A stretch of 63,187 nucleotides of DNA, the filler included, from Octopus bimaculoides (taxonomy: Eukaryota), in the NCBI RefSeq assembly GCF_001194135.2. It is 6 parts of 6 records of this genome, joined end to end, with 100 filler letters (N's around TTAATTAATTAA, not from the genome) between each part and the next. Parts side by side here need not be neighbours in the genome. Positions count along the whole stretch, not along the records: positions 61,057 to 63,187 come from NC_068992.1; 5 more parts are not named here. One strand, given 5' to 3'. The position numbers and the translations under genes are program-made. Positions 62,256 to 63,187 of this stretch are shown here, piece after piece (within the stretch, counting starts at the first letter, position 1; each line of letters starts with the position of its first letter). A model generated the notes under the pieces. The model was not told the DNA's origin and searched no databases. It was given only the letters and a program-made list of their open reading frames with translations.

Positions 62256-62336
62256 ATCACTATCTGGAATGTACATTGTGTGTATGTGTGCATGTGTGTG
62301 TGTGTGTGTGTGTGCACGCGCGCGCGCGTGTATACA

Positions 62337-62367
<31 letters not shown>

Positions 62368-62368
62368 G

Positions 62369-62408
<40 letters not shown>

Positions 62409-62429
62409 TGGGTGTTTCTGGGCGTGTAA

Positions 62430-62628
62430 TTTAGTGTTTGACAACTGGGGTTTGGCTTGTTTACACCCCACCCCGTAACTTATCGGTTCGGCAAAATTCA
62501 CCGATCAAATAACGACCAAACTAAAACATAAGTACTGCACTAAGGTCAGTTTATTCGACTAATCCGTTCAAATCGGTTACTACAGCATGGCCGCAGTCCA
62601 ATAATTTGAAACAAGTAAAAGAATAAAA
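62430..62628 (+). mobile_element. Diverged SINE family A, 3' half
   Basis: ccccgtaacttatcggttcggcaaaa...cagcatggccgcagtcc...aacaagtaaaagaataaaa. Confidence 0.6.
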
Positions 62629-63127
62629 TAATTGGTTTCTCTATCTATTTATTTGTTTATATATTTATTTGTTTGTGTGTTTGTTTGCTTGTTTGTCTGA
62701 AATCATTTAAAAGCTATTTGTTGCTGTTTAATCGAGCTTGTGTGTAATTTCCAGTTTAACATTGTAGAAAAGATAAAATATAAATAAAAACAAAACGCAT
62801 ACACCTACCTTCTCTCAACCGTTTCTTAGCCGATTATAGAAATATTTATTTCTTTAGCAATTTTTTTTTCTCTTAACACGGATATAACCATTTAAATTCT
62901 CATTTTTCTGAATATTTATTTATTTATTTGTCATATTCATTTATTTATTTCATTGATCTTATTATTGTTTCATTGACAGGCGTCAGAGTTTAACCTCCAT
63001 TTTGTTGAGTTTTTCGGGTTTTCTTTTCTTTTTCCTGATTTTTAAAATTTTTATTTTACCTTTTTAACTTTTTACGTCAATAAGATGTCACCGAGTTAGT
63101 TCCTGCACGACTAGTGTGTATGCGTAT

Positions 63128-63129
<2 letters not shown>

Positions 63130-63187
<58 letters not shown>
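63130..63187. repeat. (GT)n microsatellite
   Basis: Direct tandem repeat. Confidence 0.95.

Overview
Eukaryotic, AT-rich, repeat-saturated draft-assembly DNA with many N gaps and no recognisable host protein-coding gene. Nearly all entries in the ORF track are microsatellite or N read-through artefacts; only 44519-44767 and 44676-44942 carry real (retrotransposon RT) coding sequence. The dense (TA)n/(CA)n/(TATC)n/(GAT)n microsatellites plus tRNA-derived SINEs look like an Octopus genome (inference from sequence style; not database-confirmed). Five artificial 100-nt spacers (44 N + TTAATTAATTAA + 44 N) split the window into six assembly pieces, so adjacency across them is uncertain. Contents: at least four tRNA-headed SINE families (my labels A-D) with shuffled modules; decayed RTE-type LINEs (41.3-48.7 kb); three R4/Dong-like RLE retrotransposon fragments abutting (AAT)n; hAT and Tc1/mariner MITEs with intact TSDs; a 274-bp foldback element; and Helitron/HINE-like elements. 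Most notable: (1) five minimal type-I hammerhead-ribozyme-like motifs in three short repeat families, each with a palindromic stem III (dimer-type, as in Penelope-like elements/retrozymes); (2) several retroelements each embedded in a particular microsatellite class; (3) a CpG-decay domain (about 37-53.5 kb) interrupted by a CpG-retaining island at 38.8-40.3 kb with outward-pointing splice-like signals, suggesting a hidden promoter or gene pair. All alignments and folds were done by eye.
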